From: Squalus acanthias
Taxonomy: Eukaryota
NCBI GenBank assembly: GCA_030390025.1
Contig: CM059432.1
Coordinates: 111,292,001 to 111,356,000 of the forward strand
DNA: 64,000 nucleotides
Direction: 5' to 3'
Part shown: positions 61,430-64,000 of the stretch, one piece after another
How positions within the stretch are numbered: the first letter of the stretch is position 1
Layout: each line of letters starts with the position of its first letter
The notes under the pieces: generated by a model
Told to the model about the DNA's origin: nothing
Databases searched by the model: none
What the model saw: only the letters and a program-made list of their open reading frames with translations
Made by a program: the position numbers and the translations under genes

Positions 61430-61800
61430 TAATTGACATTTCAGTGCTATATTGAGGGAATGCTGCACTGTCAGAGGTGCCGTCATTTGAATGAGATTTT
61501 AAACAGAGGCCTCATCTGCTGCCTCAGGTGGACATAAAAGATCCCATGGCACTATTTTGAAGAAGAGCAGGGTAGTTCTTCTGGTGTTCTAGCCAACATT
61601 TTCCCCTCAACCAACACCAAAAGCAGATGATCTGGTCATTTATTTCATTGCTGTTTGTGGGAGCTTGCTGTGTGCATTTTGGCTGCTGTGTTTCCCTACA
61701 CTACAACAGTGACTACACTTCAAAAGTACTTCATTGACTGTAAAGTGCTTTGGGACTTCCGGAGGCCAGGAAAGGTGCTAAATAAGTTCAAGTTCTTTCC
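61430..61800 (+). mobile_element. 5'-truncated Deu-domain SINE
   Basis: GCTGCACTGTCAGAGGTGCCGTC core and GTGACTACACTTCAAAAGTACTTCATTG tail, as in 3164-3600. Confidence 0.8.
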
Positions 61801-62396
61801 ATTTAGAAATATGAACAACTATTTACAATGGTAAACCTTTAACGAACACTAATCAATATCAGGAACCACTGGAAATCTGAGTTAAACTTTAGCAAATATT
61901 ACAACTTTGTCAAACTTTGACATATTTAAATAAAGATGTAACCTCTGAATCAAAAAATTTGAAAACACGACATAATAGTCAATGCAGAGGGAGGAGCGAC
62001 AGAGCCAAAGGAATTTAAGCTAAGTGTTTTATTATATAGTCGATTAAGGACTAACTATCTTTAAAAAAAGGGTAAATAAATAAATACATAGTGTAATTAA
62101 TCACTAATTAATGTGAAATCAAACTAAATCCATCTATGAATTATAATTGAGACCTCATGTAATTTTATTACCTCTAGAAATAAATTACTGCTAGCTGTTA
62201 GCAAAGAGTTAATCAAATGGGACTGCTACTGATTTTACTTTATATTAATTTAACTGTGTCCAATAATTTTTCAATTGGAACTGATCTCACTAGCAGTTTC
62301 ATTATCCCTTTGACATGGACAAATCCTGTAACAAGACCCTGGGAGTTTGTAGGTGTGAGTTGATAGTGGTAGGGAATGCCTTCTTGTAGGTTATTT

Positions 62397-63287
62397 GGGG
62401 GAGAAATTCGTATCGCCCCATTTGGGGCGCAATTATCGGTCGGGTGCAAAGTTTAGCGCCTGGCGCGAATTATCGCCTCCGACTGCAAACTTGGCTTCTA
62501 TCGCCCCTGGAGGTGATTGGAGCGCTACATCAGGCGCTACACACCTCTCTTAAGGCGCTAATGCCGAGGAGCTGGGCGCTACCTCAGAGCGCTGGCGAAG
62601 CTCATGTGATGTCAGTCAGCAATGGAACACAGACACACTGGTGCCGGCCAGTTCTTAAAGGGGAGGGTCGATCTTGCTCTCCATCCACACCCTGCTCATT
62701 GCAGCCTTGAATCTCAGCCTGGAGAGACCTGTACATCAAATCTGCTGGAAAGAACAATGGAGAGGCGCAGCAAAAGAGCTCAGAGTGCAGCCCCCAAAGT
62801 CTCTTCTAAATCGATGCAAGGAAGGTCAAATCAAAATGAACCTGCAAAGTGCTGCTCAGTACCCAAAACTCCTTCACACAGCATTCAACATCTCCAGAAG
62901 TCTCTCTCTCTCTCTTAGAATGCGTGGTGACAAAAATGTCGCCGACAAAAAAAGGCAGGAAGCGGTCGCCTTTAAATAGCGCTCCCCCAGTCCCTTCACG
63001 ACTGCAAAACGCTCCCCTCAACCTGTCGTTGCTAGCGGCAGGCGGTAAGACAAGGGTCGCCACTCAATATCTGGTCCGGGGCGCTACTGGGGCGTTGCAC
63101 GCTCGACTGACGTTACGATCTGCGGGCGCAGGGGATCGTGGCGGTAGTGTTTAGCTCTGCCGCAAAATGTCTGGTCAATTTCGCGAGTGGTGCAAACATC
63201 GCCGCGCACGGGCGCTAGTTGCTTTGCGCCCCATTAGCGCCCTCTTAGGGCACTAACAGGAGGCGCAACCAACTGAATTTTTCCCTC
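62397..63287 (-). mobile_element. Harbinger MITE, second subfamily, 891 bp
   Basis: Same as 31140-32028; TSD TTT. Confidence 0.9.
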
Positions 63288-63829
63288 TTTGTCTTTTAAC
63301 TTCACAGGGTCATAAAGAGAGGTTTATGGTGGTTAGGTGTCTGTAAAGTCAAAGATGGTTGTATTGATCAAACATAAATGGCAATGTGCAAACGCCACCT
63401 TGAAAGGCAACATCTGTCAAAAGGAATACAGCCCAGGTTGATGGAAAAGTAACACATACACAGGAGGATTAGAATGATTTCATTTTAAGGGTTTGATTGA
63501 CAGATCAATCAGGTGTGTAAAACTGAAGTCATTGATAAGGAACATGAAAGGAAGATTAGGTAATGCTGAAGCAAAAAAAAACATAAAAAGGTGGTTGCTG
63601 GCCGAGATAGCTCAGAATTCGTTGAAGGTCTGATCACCCTACAGCTTCGCTGTTAATGTGTGTGGATTCTCCGGTAAACTCGCAAGGTTGTTTTTTATAA
63701 TTGTTGCTGTTAAGTATGTGTTTAATTATTGTCATATGTTTAATAAATCTGTGATTGTCTCAGAAACTAACAAAGGATGACCAAAAAATTGATAAAAAGG
63801 AAAAAAAATAGCATGAGAGTAAACTAGCA

Positions 63830-64000
63830 AAAAATATAAAAACAGATGTAAGAGGTTCTACAAGTATGTAAAAAGGAAGAGAGTAGCAAAAGTAAACGTT
63901 GGTTCCTTAGAGGCTGAGACAGGAGAAATTATTATGGGGAATAAGGAAATGGCAGAAACATTAAACAAATATTTTGTATCTGTCTTCACAGTAGAAGACA
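63830..64000 (+). mobile_element. CR1 ORF2 fragment running off the window
   Basis: FYKYVKRKRVAKVNVGSL...MAETLNKYFVSVFT. Confidence 0.8.

Noticed and set aside
62240..62396. Short minus-strand ORF (EGIPYHYQL...) as a host exon
   Set aside because: No recognisable family, stops upstream once the MITE is removed, and no supported splice partners

Overview
Eukaryotic, almost certainly cartilaginous-fish (shark-type) genomic DNA, judged from HE1-like V-SINEs, Deu-domain SINEs, HER1/CR1 LINEs and Penelope-type palindromes. I could not support any host protein-coding gene; most of the window is transposon-derived. The centrepiece is a deeply nested stack at about 9.3-38.1 kb. A Harbinger element contains a second Harbinger element, which contains a minus-strand LTR element (LTRs 10459-11263 and 34170-34993, tRNA-Lys PBS, coiled-coil 5' ORF, RNase H/integrase remnants, F-protein-type env, no recognisable RT). 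That element in turn contains CR1 LINEs, a Penelope hairpin, MITEs, a V-SINE and a nearly intact autonomous Harbinger (19805-23947: DDE transposase plus a convergent 3-exon Myb/SANT gene). The two most unusual signals are (i) the lokiretrovirus-like, env-bearing, RT-less provirus and (ii) a single-ORF APE-RT LINE family whose 5' end is a tRNA-like Pol III A/B-box head, with a sense strand almost free of TTTT and no ATG before the endonuclease. All coordinates and identities were read by eye; no alignments or searches were run.
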